This document shows positions 46,375 through 59,217 of a stretch of DNA of 64,000 nt, in pieces; the first letter of the stretch is position 1, and each line of letters starts with the position of its first letter. The position numbers and the translations under genes are program-made. Origin of the DNA: Macrostomum lignano. Taxonomy: Eukaryota. The DNA is taken from assembly GCA_002269645.1 (NCBI GenBank), contig NIVC01002291.1, positions 1-64,000 on the forward strand, in the 5' to 3' direction. The notes under the pieces are model-generated. The model was not told where the DNA came from, searched no databases, and worked only from the letters and a program-made list of their open reading frames with translations.

Positions 46375-49300
46375 CAAGGACTACTTAAGTATCGTTTATA
46401 GAAGGACGCTGCACTCGCGGTTCGTGTAATTTTTTTTGAAGGCCAATTTTCGCCGAAAAATACATTAACGAGATACAAAAAATTCACGATTTTCATCTTC
46501 AATGGCTTGCTCAGACTGACTACAACCCTGCTGAAAAGAAAAAACTGCTGAAACTTATCAAAAAGACCTAGTGTATTCGCTCCTCTATTGTATTTCGCCA
46601 AGTTAGTGTCCTTGACACGTTTACTTTTAAATACTTCGTATTTTTTCGAGGGTTTTCAATTCTGTAATGTTAAATGTTAAAGGTTGGATTAAAGTGTTAG
46701 TTTCTCTCAATAATCAGTAGTTTCTTTAGCATTCTATGATGACTGCTTTCTATGTCTTTATTTTTTTGGTAAATTTAAATTAGCTATAGACATTCTATAT
46801 TAAATGTTAGTCTATACCCTGGCTATGCCTGATATATAATAATATCTAGGGCCTACTATGCTTTTTTAGCATGTTCTACAAAAATGTTGTGTAGAAAGGA
46901 CCTACTGATTAGTTTATGAGTAGATCGTTATAAAGTATTATTCTTAATTTGAAGGTAGATAGATATTAGATACTTGCATATTGTATAGAAGGTACTAATT
47001 TTACTATTCTGTCAAATATCTGTAGATTAGGCTTCTTAAACGGTTCTACTGGATACAAAAGTTCTATTTTCAGACTTGTCTTGAAACTTTATATTTTATT
47101 TAAATGATAGGCCTAACAACATATTGAATTTATTTCTGCTGTTTGGAGAGCAGTTTTTTAACCTAGTCTAGTTTAATGGAACCAAGATATATTCAATACT
47201 CAGGCCTTGCATTGAATTTAAAATATAAATATTTATATATAGAAAGTGATTCTAAAGGAAAATGCGTATAATAGACTTTAGAAGACAAATTTTCAACTTT
47301 AGTAATACTATTGAAGTGATTTAGTATAGAATTGATTATATTGGCCTGTTGGGATAAAAGCAATACAGTATTGTAGCAATTTTTTTACTAGATATAATGT
47401 ATAGAAGCTGTATATATTTCTTTTTGTTAGCTTCAGAATTTCTGCAATGCCAATGAAATGCTGTCTTCCAAAGTGTACAAGTAACTACAAATCTGGTGAG
47501 AAGGTGACAGTGTATAGCTTTCCAAAGGATAAAGAAGACTACAGCATGTGGATCCGAGCTTTGCCACCAAATGTTAAGGTATGGTGCTATTGCTGCTATT
47601 GCATATTCTTGTCTTGCTTAATTCACATGCTAATGGAACATTAGTACAATATGATATAATACTTACTGTTTTAGAGTCCATCTAAATACATGGGCATTTG
47701 CCAAAAACATTGGCCAACAAATGCACCAATGTTAAAGGTCAAGCGATTCATGCGCCCTATGGACCCACCAAGTGTATTCCCAAATCTTCCAACAGGCTCT
47801 CTTCGCCTGACTGAGCCAAGTAAGTATATCTCATAGCAAGGTTAAATATTACAGTTTGTACCAAATGATAGGCTTTCTATAATATTTTACTTAATTAAGT
47901 TTTTGTCTGATTTCATACCTTACATATTATTATTCTTACTTCAGAGCACTCTAGAGATGTTCAACGCCGCGGTATTCTGTTAAACCAGCGGGCTCAAATT
48001 GCTGATGAAATGGACTCATTCAATGAGACTGATCGGATTCACTCATGGAGTTCCTTTGTTGAGAAATCTGCCACCCTTGACTTCGTTGCAAATGAGTGGA
48101 TAGTGCAGCGTGACGAATCATGTGTGCGATTTGTCCTTCTTTGGGAACTAAGAGTTGAATGCTCAATTTCAGTCATGTCCGACTTTTCTGTTATTGCAAA
48201 TCGTCATAACACCCCAGTGTCAGTGTCTGAGCTGCTGGGTTTTCAACATCGACTTGAGCGCTACAGCCAATTGGAAGCAGTACAAAATAAAGTTCGACAA
48301 GCTGAAGTAAATCCAATCAAGGAATTCAATGCATATTTGGACGCACTACAGCCACTTTGTCAGGAGCTGCAGAACCCGCGCCATTCATTCCTTGTTCGAC
48401 AGCTGCAACTGAGTGTTGTTCAGCATCATGGCGTACGGTATGCTGCAAATGATATAATGACAGCTGCCAGAATGTACTTCACCAGTCGTGCTGGCTATCG
48501 TGCAATGAGAGAGTTCGCCTGTCTACCACATCCAGACACTCTCAAACGTCATCTGGGTGGACTTGGCAGCATTGGAACCGACACCGACTGTCAGCAAATT
48601 GTCAAGTCGAATTTCGAACACAACACACCGTCTCAGTGCCTGTGCTCAATCATCTTTGATGAAGTGTATGTGCAACCTTCACTTCGTCTCAAAGGTGTCC
48701 ATGTAGTTGGCTTTGCTGAGGATGTTCCACAGAAGCTTGCTCGGACTATTCTCGCCATTATGGTAAAACCATTTATGGGCGCACCTGCGTTTGTTGCCAG
48801 ACTTGTGCCAATCTATAGTTTACAGCCTGCGTTTTTACACAGACAGGTTGTACGACTTATTGAAATTGTCCACGGCTGTGGTGGTACAGTTGTGAGCTTC
48901 ATTTGCGATAATCACTTCACTAACCAGAACTGTTTCAAACTGTTTCATTGCGACACAAACACACCATGGCTTGCCGAAAACCCTGCAGACGCAGAGAAAC
49001 CATTGTTTCTGTTGTTTGACACAGTGCATTTGTTTAAGAATATAAGAAATAATTGGTTCACTCAAGCGCACAAGGAGATCGATTTTCACCCATCAGCAGA
49101 TAAGCAGGAACGTGTTTGCCGAGCACGCTGGAATGATATTGTTGAAATCGAGGAGCGATCCCGTGGACAAGTAGTTCGCCCGACTTCAGTCAACTCTGTC
49201 GCGTGCAATCCGTCTCCACTGGAGCGACAAAAGGTGTCACTAGTTGTCGACATCTTCAACGAGAAGACGGTTGCCGCACTTCGTGTTAACGGTCGCCATG

Positions 49301-51390
49301 ACTCAGCCGACTTTGTGGACCATGTGGTCACCTTTTGGAAAATAGTTAATGTTAAATCACCAGAATCACACGTTGCCTTGAATGACAAACTTAGGGCTCC
49401 AATTACGTCGGAAGAATCTAGCAGCTTGACACATTTACTTAATTTCTCCGCACTGGTGGAGCGCATGCCGGGTGGACGAGGTGCGGGACGCGGTCGGTCG
49501 CTCACCACAGAGACGCGCAACGCTTTAATCCAGACAACAAGAGGTCTGGTGGGCCTCAGCAGACACCTTCTAACCAACCATCGATTTTCTTACGTTCTTC
49601 TTGGTGAGTTCTTTGCATTATTTACATGCAGCAATCAGTTTTTGAATAATTGTTGCTAGGGAATGAATTTAATGAATTGTGGGGATGCAGGTCACGGCTA
49701 TCTAATGGGTCACGAAATTGTCTTTAAGGTGTACTGCAATCAGACAGATTGGAGGCCGAGTTCGCTCTCTACCGCCAGGGCCACGGCGGGTGTTACTACA
49801 TAACAGTCGAGCAAGTTATGGCCAGTGCTCGGCTGCACCGAATGAAATTGTACGGAGCGCTTCAGAACAGCTTTGAGGCTCATGAGCCGGCGACATGCTG
49901 TTCCGATGGGATGAAGGACTCTGATCTAGAGGTGTTTGATCAGCTTCAAGACAAGATCAGCCACAATACAGATGAGGAGAATGCTTCTTTGTACTATATT
50001 TCCGGTTACGTTGCTGCTAAAGAGCATCTTCCAGAAGTTTTTGAAGCATTTGCAACTGAGTTTCCTGGCGGTAGCGAATTTACATCGCTGCTATCTCGTG
50101 GCAAGCTCCGGCACCCGCCAGAGTGGCTTTTAGTTTTCTCCAGCCTGTGCTATGCTTTTTTCTCCTCTGTCAAGATCCACTGCGTCAACTATTGTGTCCG
50201 ATCTTTTATTAACGTTTTTGAAGCTTTCATGGATGTAACTGTTTCAGATCCAGCTCAGGTTAGCCGCATTTCCAGGAGGTTAGCTAACACATTTTTTAAA
50301 GGACTCGTGCGTCGTGATTCGGACCATGTACGAGAGACGCCCGGCAGTGGACGGCGTCTGCGAAAGTTAGCATCAAGTTAGTTATGAGCTGTTTGTACGC
50401 TTTTTGAGAAATCCGTGACATTCTATCAACACACCGAGTTCGTATAAAACTTGAACACCCATTGTACACTTAGACACCTCTAATTTAAACAAACGAAGTG
50501 GACACTGGAAAATATCGAAATATCCAACCAAAAATGCAATAAGCCAAAATCGGAGGCAACATAGCTCGTAGAATTGAAGCGAACATTGTTAATTGATTGA
50601 GCATGTAATTTGACCCATAGTCCATGGTTGTCCATGTTTTATACAGACCCAATTCACATTCACGTCATTGAATATGCTTATGCTTTCATAAGTTGGTTTA
50701 TGCATCTGTTGCTGCTTTCATACGTTGGTTTAAACATTTGTTGCTGCTTTCATAAGTTGGTTTCTGCATTTTACTGCTGTTGCCTACCCAATAGTTGCCA
50801 CAGTTTCTATACACTATACACTATACACAGTCTTATATTTGCAGCCTTACATACATATTTGCCTTACTGTAGCTATCAATTGAGATTAAAGTACAATGAG
50901 CTGCTGTGCAACAAGCAACCAGTTCAGTTCAACATTTTTTGTTTCCAGTCCAACAACGATACATCGATTGTTATCAGCACTGGCATTGTGCCAGTTTCTC
51001 TGCTTTTGCTCTTTGTTATTTTATTGTTGAAAAGATCAGGGATGGCTTTTGAAAAGTACAGACTGACGGGCTTCGTTCTTTGTTAATCTCATCTCATTTT
51101 AATTGGATTACATTAGCTCAATTGTCGGAATTATCCTTTAAATATCCTAGCTTTATTGTTCTATAATAAAGAAGGGGGTAACAGTACCTTGCTGTACATT
51201 TCTCGCGAATACATGTAGTTGCAGCCGAAACTGTTCACTCATCTAAAAGAGGAATAAATTCTGAGCAACCCCGTGAAAAAACTAGACCTCTACATGCAAC
51301 CATTTAAAAATAACAGCATTTTGAAAAATGGCCTTCAAAAAAATCTACACCATTCGGGAGTGCAGCGTCCTTCTACTTAAGTAGTCCTTG
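46375..51390 (+). mobile_element. P-superfamily (THAP-domain) DNA transposon, 5016 bp, apparently full length
   Basis: TIR CAAGGACTACTTAAGTA[TCGTTTATA, left only]GAAGGACGCTGCACTC...TTTTTTGAAGGCCA(A/T)TTTT, ~65 bp and imperfect; 8-bp TSD CCTCCCAG at 46367-46374 and 51391-51398; CA...TG termini. Confidence 0.95.
47447..50381 (+). CDS. P-element/THAP9-like transposase, 4 exons, ~862 aa
   Basis: Exons 47447-47578, 47675-47819, 47945-49603, 49729-50381, GT-AG, phases 0/1/1 consistent, no stops. THAP (CCLPKC...FPKD...W...CQKHW...PPSVF); RNase H-like motifs IIFDEVYV, ICDNHFTN, FDTVHLFKNIRNNW, QSDRLEAEF; C-terminal LYYISGYVA. Confidence 0.92.
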
Positions 51391-54300
51391 CCTCCCAGAT
51401 CCTGATGCACCTGTAAAAAAGCTTTCATTAGTCTTAGTGCGAAGAAGGAAAAATGGCATATAACAACAAATCCATCTAAAAACGAACAGAAGTCATGCAC
51501 TCAGACTTTGCCCCAGTTTGCCAATGTTTTTTTTCAATGCTCGTTTGTACTAGCATAATCCAGTTTAACATGCAACAGTGAGAGTTTTCTGACTCGCCAA
51601 TGCTAAATAACAGTATTTGATTTTTTTAAAGTTCCAGGCACCTGCGGTACATCTAGTTTAAATTGTTTGTTTCAGATGATGCTCATCATCGGTGTCATTG
51701 TGGTTATCATCATACTCATCATAATCAGTGAGTTCGGCCGGTCTGTTTTTCAGTGGGCTATGACCGAATCGATTTTAGTGGGTTATGACCGATCCGATTT
51801 CAGTGGGTTATGACCGATCCGACTTCAGTGGGTTATGACCGATCCGATTTCAGTGGGTTATGACCAATCCTATTACAGTGGGTTATGACCGATCCAATTT
51901 CAGTGGGTTATGACCAATCCTATTACAGTGGGTTATGACCAATCCTATTTCAGTGGGTTATGACCGATCCGACTTCAGTGGGTTATGACCGATCCAATTT
52001 CAGTGGGTTATGACCGATCCGATTTCAGTGGGTTATGACCGATCCGACTTCAGTGGGTTATGACCGATCCAATTTCAGTGGGTTATGACCGATCCGATTT
52101 CAGTGGGTTATGACATTTAACATCAGTCTACTCAAACTGTCACCGCAATAAATTTTCAGTCTCGGTGGTCAGCAGCAACAAAGGCGGCGGCGGCGGCGGT
52201 GGCGGCGGCAGCCCCACATCGGCGCCTGGTCGATAGAGAATCCGACACGAAAACGGTCTGTAGAAGCTGACAAAAATTTAAATTCTGACAAGTTAAGCAG
52301 TTTGACAGAAAGTCAAAGTATTCAAGCTGCGCTTAGATAATTTCTTTTTCGAGATATTTTGGCACCGTACTTACCTTGCTAATTTAAAGAAAGCTCTCAG
52401 TCTCAGTAATTAATATGTATTAATAGCAATTGCAATAAATGATAAAAATTTTGGAACTAATAATCAAAATATCCTACTGTACATCTGTTCATTAGTAGTG
52501 CTTTTTGCGTATGTATAATTTGTTATTTTCCTTGTCTAAACAGTTTTCTGATTTGGTCACTAATTCCTTTGTTCGTTTAACGCGTGATATGCGGCATTTT
52601 GGCTATTGAGTAGCGTTGGTAAGAGAGGCCTGGTCAGTCTTCCTTCTAAAGAATTTCTAAATAAGCGCTACTGTTCTCAAAAAAGTTGATTTACATAAAC
52701 ATAAACAAGCTTTTCTATACTGTTTGATACATCGGCTTTCTAAAATATAATGCCGAAAAAATTAGACTTTTTTGTGTCTTTAAGTAAATTTATTTTCAAT
52801 AATAAATCTGCCTATGATGGGGGTTGAGCATTGTAGATGAAAATATCTCTATAGTAATATTGCGCATCTGTTGGTACTAATAGGTGGCAAATGTTCATTA
52901 GTAGTATGATAAAAGGTGAAAATTACGTGCTGCCGAATCATCATTTATATTATTGTACCTATACTAGAGGGCAGGCAACCGTTACAGTAAAATGGGTCTG
53001 AAACTCGTTAAGAGCGTCACGCGTTAACATATTATATTTAGTGGGTTTCTAAAAATAGATTTTGCTCGCTAATTCTGCCACTCGCAGTAATTGATCACTT
53101 TGGCTTGCTGAAGACCGTCTTCTGCAGATGCATAGCGCGCTCCTGTTAAGTGAGTACGGATTATAAAAGGTGGCGGGGCTAAGGCGCTTGTCAATCATTG
53201 GACTGATTGTAATTTTTTGTTTTCTTTGACGCCTGCGTGAAAAATGACCTGGGTCCCGGCGCTGCCAGATCCTCAGTTGCTAGGCCACCCTCTCAGATCC
53301 TCAGTTGCTGGGCCACCCTCTCAGATCCTCAGTTGCTGGGCCACCCTCTCAGATCCTCAGTTGCTGGGCCAGCCTCCCAGATCCTCAGTTGCTGGGCCAG
53401 CCTCCCAGATCCTCAGTTGCTGGGCCAGCCTCCCAGATCCTCAGTTGCTGGGCCGCCCTTCAGATCCCCAGATTGAGCAACCAACATCGCAGATCCTCAG
53501 TTGCTGGGCCAGCCTCCCAAATCCTCAGTTGCTGGGCCAGCCTCCCAGATCCTCAGTTGCTGGGCCAGCCTCCCAGATCCTCAGTTGCTGGGCCAGCCTC
53601 CCAGATCCTCAGTTGCTGGGCCAGTCTCCCAGATCCTCAGTTGCTGGGCCAGCCTCCCAGATCCTGATGCACCTGTAAAAAAGCTTTCATTAGTCTTAGT
53701 GCGAAGAAGGAAAAATGGCATATAACAACAAATCCATCTAAAAACGAACAGAAGTCATGCACTCAGACTTTGCCCCAGTTTGCCAATGTTTTTTTCAATG
53801 CTCGTTTGTACTAGCATAATCCAGTTTAACATGCAACAGTGAGAGTTTTCTGACTCGCCAATGCTAAATAACAGTATTTGATTTTTTTAAAGTTCCAGGC
53901 ACCTGCGGTACATCTAGTTTAAATTGTTTGTTTCAGATGATGCTCATCATCGGTGTCATTGTGGTTATCATCATACTCATCATAATCAGTGAGTTCGGCC
54001 GGTCTGTTTTTCAGTGGGCTATGACCGAATCGATTTTAGTGGGTTATGACCGATCCGATTTCAGTGGGTTATGACCGATCCGATTTCAGTGGGTTATGAC
54101 CAATCCTATTACAGTGGGTTATGACCGATCCAATTTCAGTGGGTTATGACCAATCCTATTACAGTGGGTTATGACCAATCCTATTTCAGTGGGTTATGAC
54201 CGATCCGACTTCAGTGGGTTATGACCGATCCAATTTCAGTGGGTTATGACCGATCCGATTTCAGTGGGTTATGACATTTAACATCAGTCTACTCAAACTG

Positions 54301-55255
54301 TCACCGCAATAAATTTTCAGTCTCGGTGGTCAGCAGCAACAAAGGCGGCGGCGGCGGCGGTGGCGGCGGCAGCCCCACATCGGCGCCTGGTCGATAGAGA
54401 ATCCGACACGAAAACGGTCTGTAGAAGCTGACAAAAATTTAAATTCTGACAAGTTAAGCAGTTTGACAGAAAGTCAAAGTATTCAAGCTGCGCTTAGATA
54501 ATTTCTTTTTCGAGATATTTTGGCACCGTACTTACCTTGCTAATTTAAAGAAAGCTCTCAGTCTCAGTAATTAATATGTATTAATAGCAATTGCAATAAA
54601 TGATAAAAATTTTGGAACTAATAATCAAAATATCCTACTGTACATCTGTTCATTAGTAGTGCTTTTTGCGTATGTATAATTTGTTATTTTCCTTGTCTAA
54701 ACAGTTTTCTGATTTGGTCACTAATTCCTTTGTTCGTTTAACGCGTGATATGCGGCATTTTGGCTATTGAGTAGCGTTGGTAAGAGAGGCCTGGTCAGTC
54801 TTCCTTCTAAAGAATTTCTAAATAAGCGCTACTGTTCTCAAAAAAGTTGATTTACATAAACATAAACAAGCTTTTCTATACTGTTTGATACATCGGCTTT
54901 CTAAAATATAATGCCGAAAAAATTAGACTTTTTTGTGTCTTTAAGTAAATTTATTTTCAATAATAAATCTGCCTATGATGGGGGTTGAGCATTGTAGATG
55001 AAAATATCTCTATAGTAATATTGCGCATCTGTTGGTACTAATAGGTGGCAAATGTTCATTAGTAGTATGATAAAAGGTGAAAATTACGTGCTGCCGAATC
55101 ATCATTTATATTATTGTACCTATACTAGAGGGCAGGCAACCGTTACAGTAAAATGGGTCTGAAACTCGTTAAGAGCGTCACGCGTTAACATATTATATTT
55201 AGTGGGTTTCTAAAAATAGATTTTGCTCGCTAATTCTGCCACTCGCAGTAATTGA

Positions 55256-58200
55256 TCACTTTGGCTTGCTGAAGACCGTCTTCTGCAGATGCATAGCGCG
55301 CTCCTGTTAAGTGAGTACGGATTATAAAAGGTGGCGGGGCTAAGGCGCTTGTCAATCATTGGACTGATTGTAATTTTTTGTTTTCTTTGACGCCTGCGTG
55401 AAAAATGACCTGGGTCCCGGCGCTGCCAGATCCTCAGTTGCTAGGCCACCCTCTCAGATCCTCAGTTGCTGGGCCACCCTCTCAGATCCTCAGTTGCTGG
55501 GCCACCCTCTCAGATCCTCAGTTGCTGGGCCACCCTCTCAGATCCTCAGTTGCTGGGCCACCCTCTCAGATCCTCAGTTGCTGGGCCACCCTCTCAGATC
55601 CTCAGTTGCTGGGCCACCCTCTCAGATCCTCAGTTGCTGGGCCACCCTCTCAGATCCTCAGTTGCTGGGCCACCCTCTCAGATCCTCAGTTGCTGGGCCA
55701 CCCTCTCAGATCCTCAGTTGCTGGGCCACCCTCTCAGATCCTCAGTTGCTGGACCACCCTCCCAGATCCTCAGTTGCTGGGCCACCCTCTCAGATCCTCA
55801 GTTGCTGGGCCAGCCTCCCAGATCCTCAGTTGCTAGGCCACCCTCTCAGATCCCTATCCCTCCATCACCTGTCCCTCCTCGTTCAGCAGCACCGTCTGCG
55901 CAGTTTTTCCCATCTCCCAGCGGCGAACAGCCGGCAGCTCGATGTTCACGCTGCCGGCTTCGTCATCGTCATCGGAAGTTGCGTCGGCTGTCGGGTCGGG
56001 CTGCTGGCCGGCCGCCCAGAGCCTCACCAGCTGGCCCGGCTCGATCACCAGCATCGGCAGCGACACCTCCGGGCTCGACTGGCTGGCCCGGCCGTCCACC
56101 GTGCGACGGATGCGCCAGCCGCTGAGCCGCTCGGTCTGGGAAGTTCGGTAGCGCCTGCGGCTGCTGGAGCGCTGGACTGCTTCTCACCCTCTACTCAGTC
56201 TGTGCCTTGTCACTCCGCGCCTGTGTCACACTCTGTCTCACCACCTGTCTGTCTCACCATCTGCCTGTCTCACCATCTGTCTGCCTCACCACCTGTCTGT
56301 CTCACCATCTGCCTGTCTCACCATCTGTCTGCCTCACCACCTGTCTGTCTCACCATCTGCCTGTCTCACCATCTGCCTGTCTCACCATCTGTCTGTCTCA
56401 CCATCTGCCTGTCTCACCACCTGTCTGTCTCACCATCTGTCTGTCTCACCATCTGTCTGTCTCACCATCTGCCTGTCTCACCACCTCTGTCTCACCATCT
56501 GCCTGTCTCACCACCTGTCTGTCTCACCATTTGCCTGTCTCACCACCTGTCTGTCTCACCATCTGTCTGTCTCACCATCTGTCTGTCTCACCACCTGTCT
56601 GTCTCACCATCTGTCTGTCTCACCATTTGCCTGTCTCACCACCTGTCTGTCTCACCATCTGCCTGTCTCACGATCTGTCTGTCTCACCATCTGCCTGTCT
56701 CACCACCTGTCTGTCTCACCATCTGTCTGTCTCACGATCTGTCTGTCTCACCATCTGTCTGTCTCACCATCTGTCTGTCTCACGATCTGTCTGTCTCACC
56801 ATCTGCCTGTCTCACCATCTGTCTGTCTCACCACCTGTCTGTCTCACCATCTGCCTGTCTCACTATCTGTCTGTCTCACCACCTGTCTGTCTCACCATCT
56901 GCCTGTCTCACTATCTGTCTGTCTCACCACCTGTCTGTCTCACCATCTGCCTGTCTCACCATCTGCCTGTCTCACCACCTGCCTGTCTCACCCTCTTCCA
57001 CTCTAGATAAAGAAATGAATTCACCAGCGCACCTTTGTGCCGACATTCCGCAGTTTGACGCAGGCCCCATCCTGCGAGCACTCGTCGATGCACACGTTGC
57101 CCTTGTAGGTTTTCTCGTATTGGGTCTTGGCCGTGATCTCCGAAGTCACCGCCTGCACAGGCTGGTAGCTGGCGACTGGAGGGCGCGGGAGGGCCAGACA
57201 GAATGCAGATATCTTGTTTGCTAGAAATGCACTACTATATATTGTTGGCCAATGTACTTTTAGGAGTGTCCAGAAGGGTACTTTAAGGTGTCCTCTTGCT
57301 TTTAAAGTGTGCAAGTACTAAATGTACTGCGATCTTGACCTATTGGCCTATGATGTAGTAACTTGAGTTAATAAATTAATTAATTAACAAATTAACAAAA
57401 ACGCACTACAGGGGCGTACTCATTTTGAGAATGAACTCTCTTAAAGCCAGTTTAGGTTTTTAAAAAGAAAGAATCAACAAGCCGCAATGATTATTGCATA
57501 TTTTGTGCATTTTTCAATGGCTATTTGCCTGCCAGCGGTTTCTCAAGTTTCAGTACTTAAAAAGTAGCAAGTTGCGGGTTTGTAGATATTTATTTGTCCT
57601 GTTTATTTTTATTGAAAACTTTCCTTATTCACGCAACAGTAATGCGATGCGAAGAAAGTATTTTTGGCTGCAATTAGACGGTCAATTCAATAGTTGTAGC
57701 TTTAGCAGGAAATCTGTGTTAGATTTTGATCAAGCACTGCTGATAATTAACCTTCACTAAAGGAAGCAGAGAGTATTGTAGATAATAGCTAGGCTCTATT
57801 GGATGTATCGATCAATTGAATTATTATTGCATGCGATATGAAAAAACAGGTACCGTGCGACAAACTACTGTTTTAATATAGCTTTTTGCGTTCAATTTCA
57901 GAATATAGCTTATTCTGCAAAAAGCGCAAAAAGCTATACTTCTACAGTCAATTTTCTATGCCTGCAATATAAGCTAAAGACTAAGTGTAAAAGCGAAAAA
58001 ACGGGAAAATTGAAAAAATAATCAGTATGCAGATTCTTATAAAGCCTCGGATGCAGTTTCATCTCAAATTTACATGTATGCTTAGCTGCTTGTTTACATA
58101 CATTTAGGCATGGATTGCAATGTCCACTATGTGGGGAGTGAGGTGACTGCGAGACTGGCTAATTGGGGCGGGGAGTGAGCTGTGGCTGCGAGACTGATTG

Positions 58201-59183
58201 GGGCAGGGAGTGAGGTGGCTGCGAGACTGATAAGGGACAGGGAGTGAGGTGGCTGCGAGACTGATAAGGGGCAGGGAGTGAGCTGTGGCTGCGAGACTGA
58301 TAAGGGGCAGGGAGTGAGGTGGCTGCGAGACTGATTGGGGCAGGGAGTGAGGTGGCTGCGAGACTGATAAGGGGCAGGGAGTGAGGTGGCTGCGAGACTG
58401 ATAAGGGGCAGGGAGTGAGCTGTGGCTGCGAGACTGATAAGGGGCAGGGAGTGAGCTGTGGCTGCGAGACTGATTGGGGCAGGGAGTGAGCTGTGGCTGC
58501 GAGACTGATTGGGGCAGGGAGTGAGGTGGCTGCGAGACTGATAAGGGGCGGGGAGTGAGCTGTGGCTGCGAGACTGATAAGGGGCAGGGAGTGAGCTGTG
58601 GCTGCGAGACTGATTGGGGCAGGGAGTGAGGTGGCTGCGAGACTGATAAGGGGCAGGGAGTGAGCTGTGGCTGCGAGACTGATTGAGGCAGGGAGTGAGG
58701 TGGCTGCGAGACTGATTGGGGGTAGGGAGTGAGGCGGTCGTGAGAGGGGCCAATCGGAGGCAAAAAATTTTAGGGCGCTAAAATGTCAGCAGTTACAGTT
58801 AAAAGAACTTACATGTAAAAATCAAGAAACTGCTCAAAAGCCAACAGAACGGCACTGCCGTCATCTTACTACAGAGTTTAGATGAAAAAAATAGTTTGTA
58901 AAACAATAAAAAAAGATGAATAAACAAGAGCAAAGCTTTAACTTACTCGCCATAAATTTAGTAAGGAATAGTACGAATACTCCACTAGCCAATGATAGAG
59001 AAGGAAATTGAATTAATTTTTTGGAAAAATAGGGGTTGGACACAGTTAGCGCCAGACAGACTTAGATATTGGTGCCGCTCGGAGTGGAATAGACCTGCTG
59101 CTGTTGCTGATGTCTGTACGGCGATGACGAAGGCGGAACGGCTCGGCGAATCTCCGTCGAGCTGCCGCTGATGCTGCCGATGC

Positions 59184-59217
<34 letters not shown>

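Larger units (their letters stand above)
41687..55852. repeat. four tandem copies of a ~2.2-2.4 kb segmental unit (unique parts start near 41687, 44064, 51403, 53666)
   Basis: Each copy has the VAMP TM exon (41958, 44335, 51676, 53937), a 25-bp array CAGTGGGTTATGACCGATCCGATTT of variable length, the VAMP last exon (42503, 44819, 52160, 54321), the shared 3' region, the IF last exon on - (43437-43484, 45753-45800, 53095-53142, 55256-55303) and a 28-bp array. Confidence 0.96.

Noticed and set aside
39196-46429. Many [18 protein letters not shown] ORFs
   Set aside because: Translations of the 28-bp satellite.
55398-57224. 608-aa + strand ORF
   Set aside because: Chains the 28-bp satellite, the antisense of an IF exon and the 16-bp satellite; not a gene.
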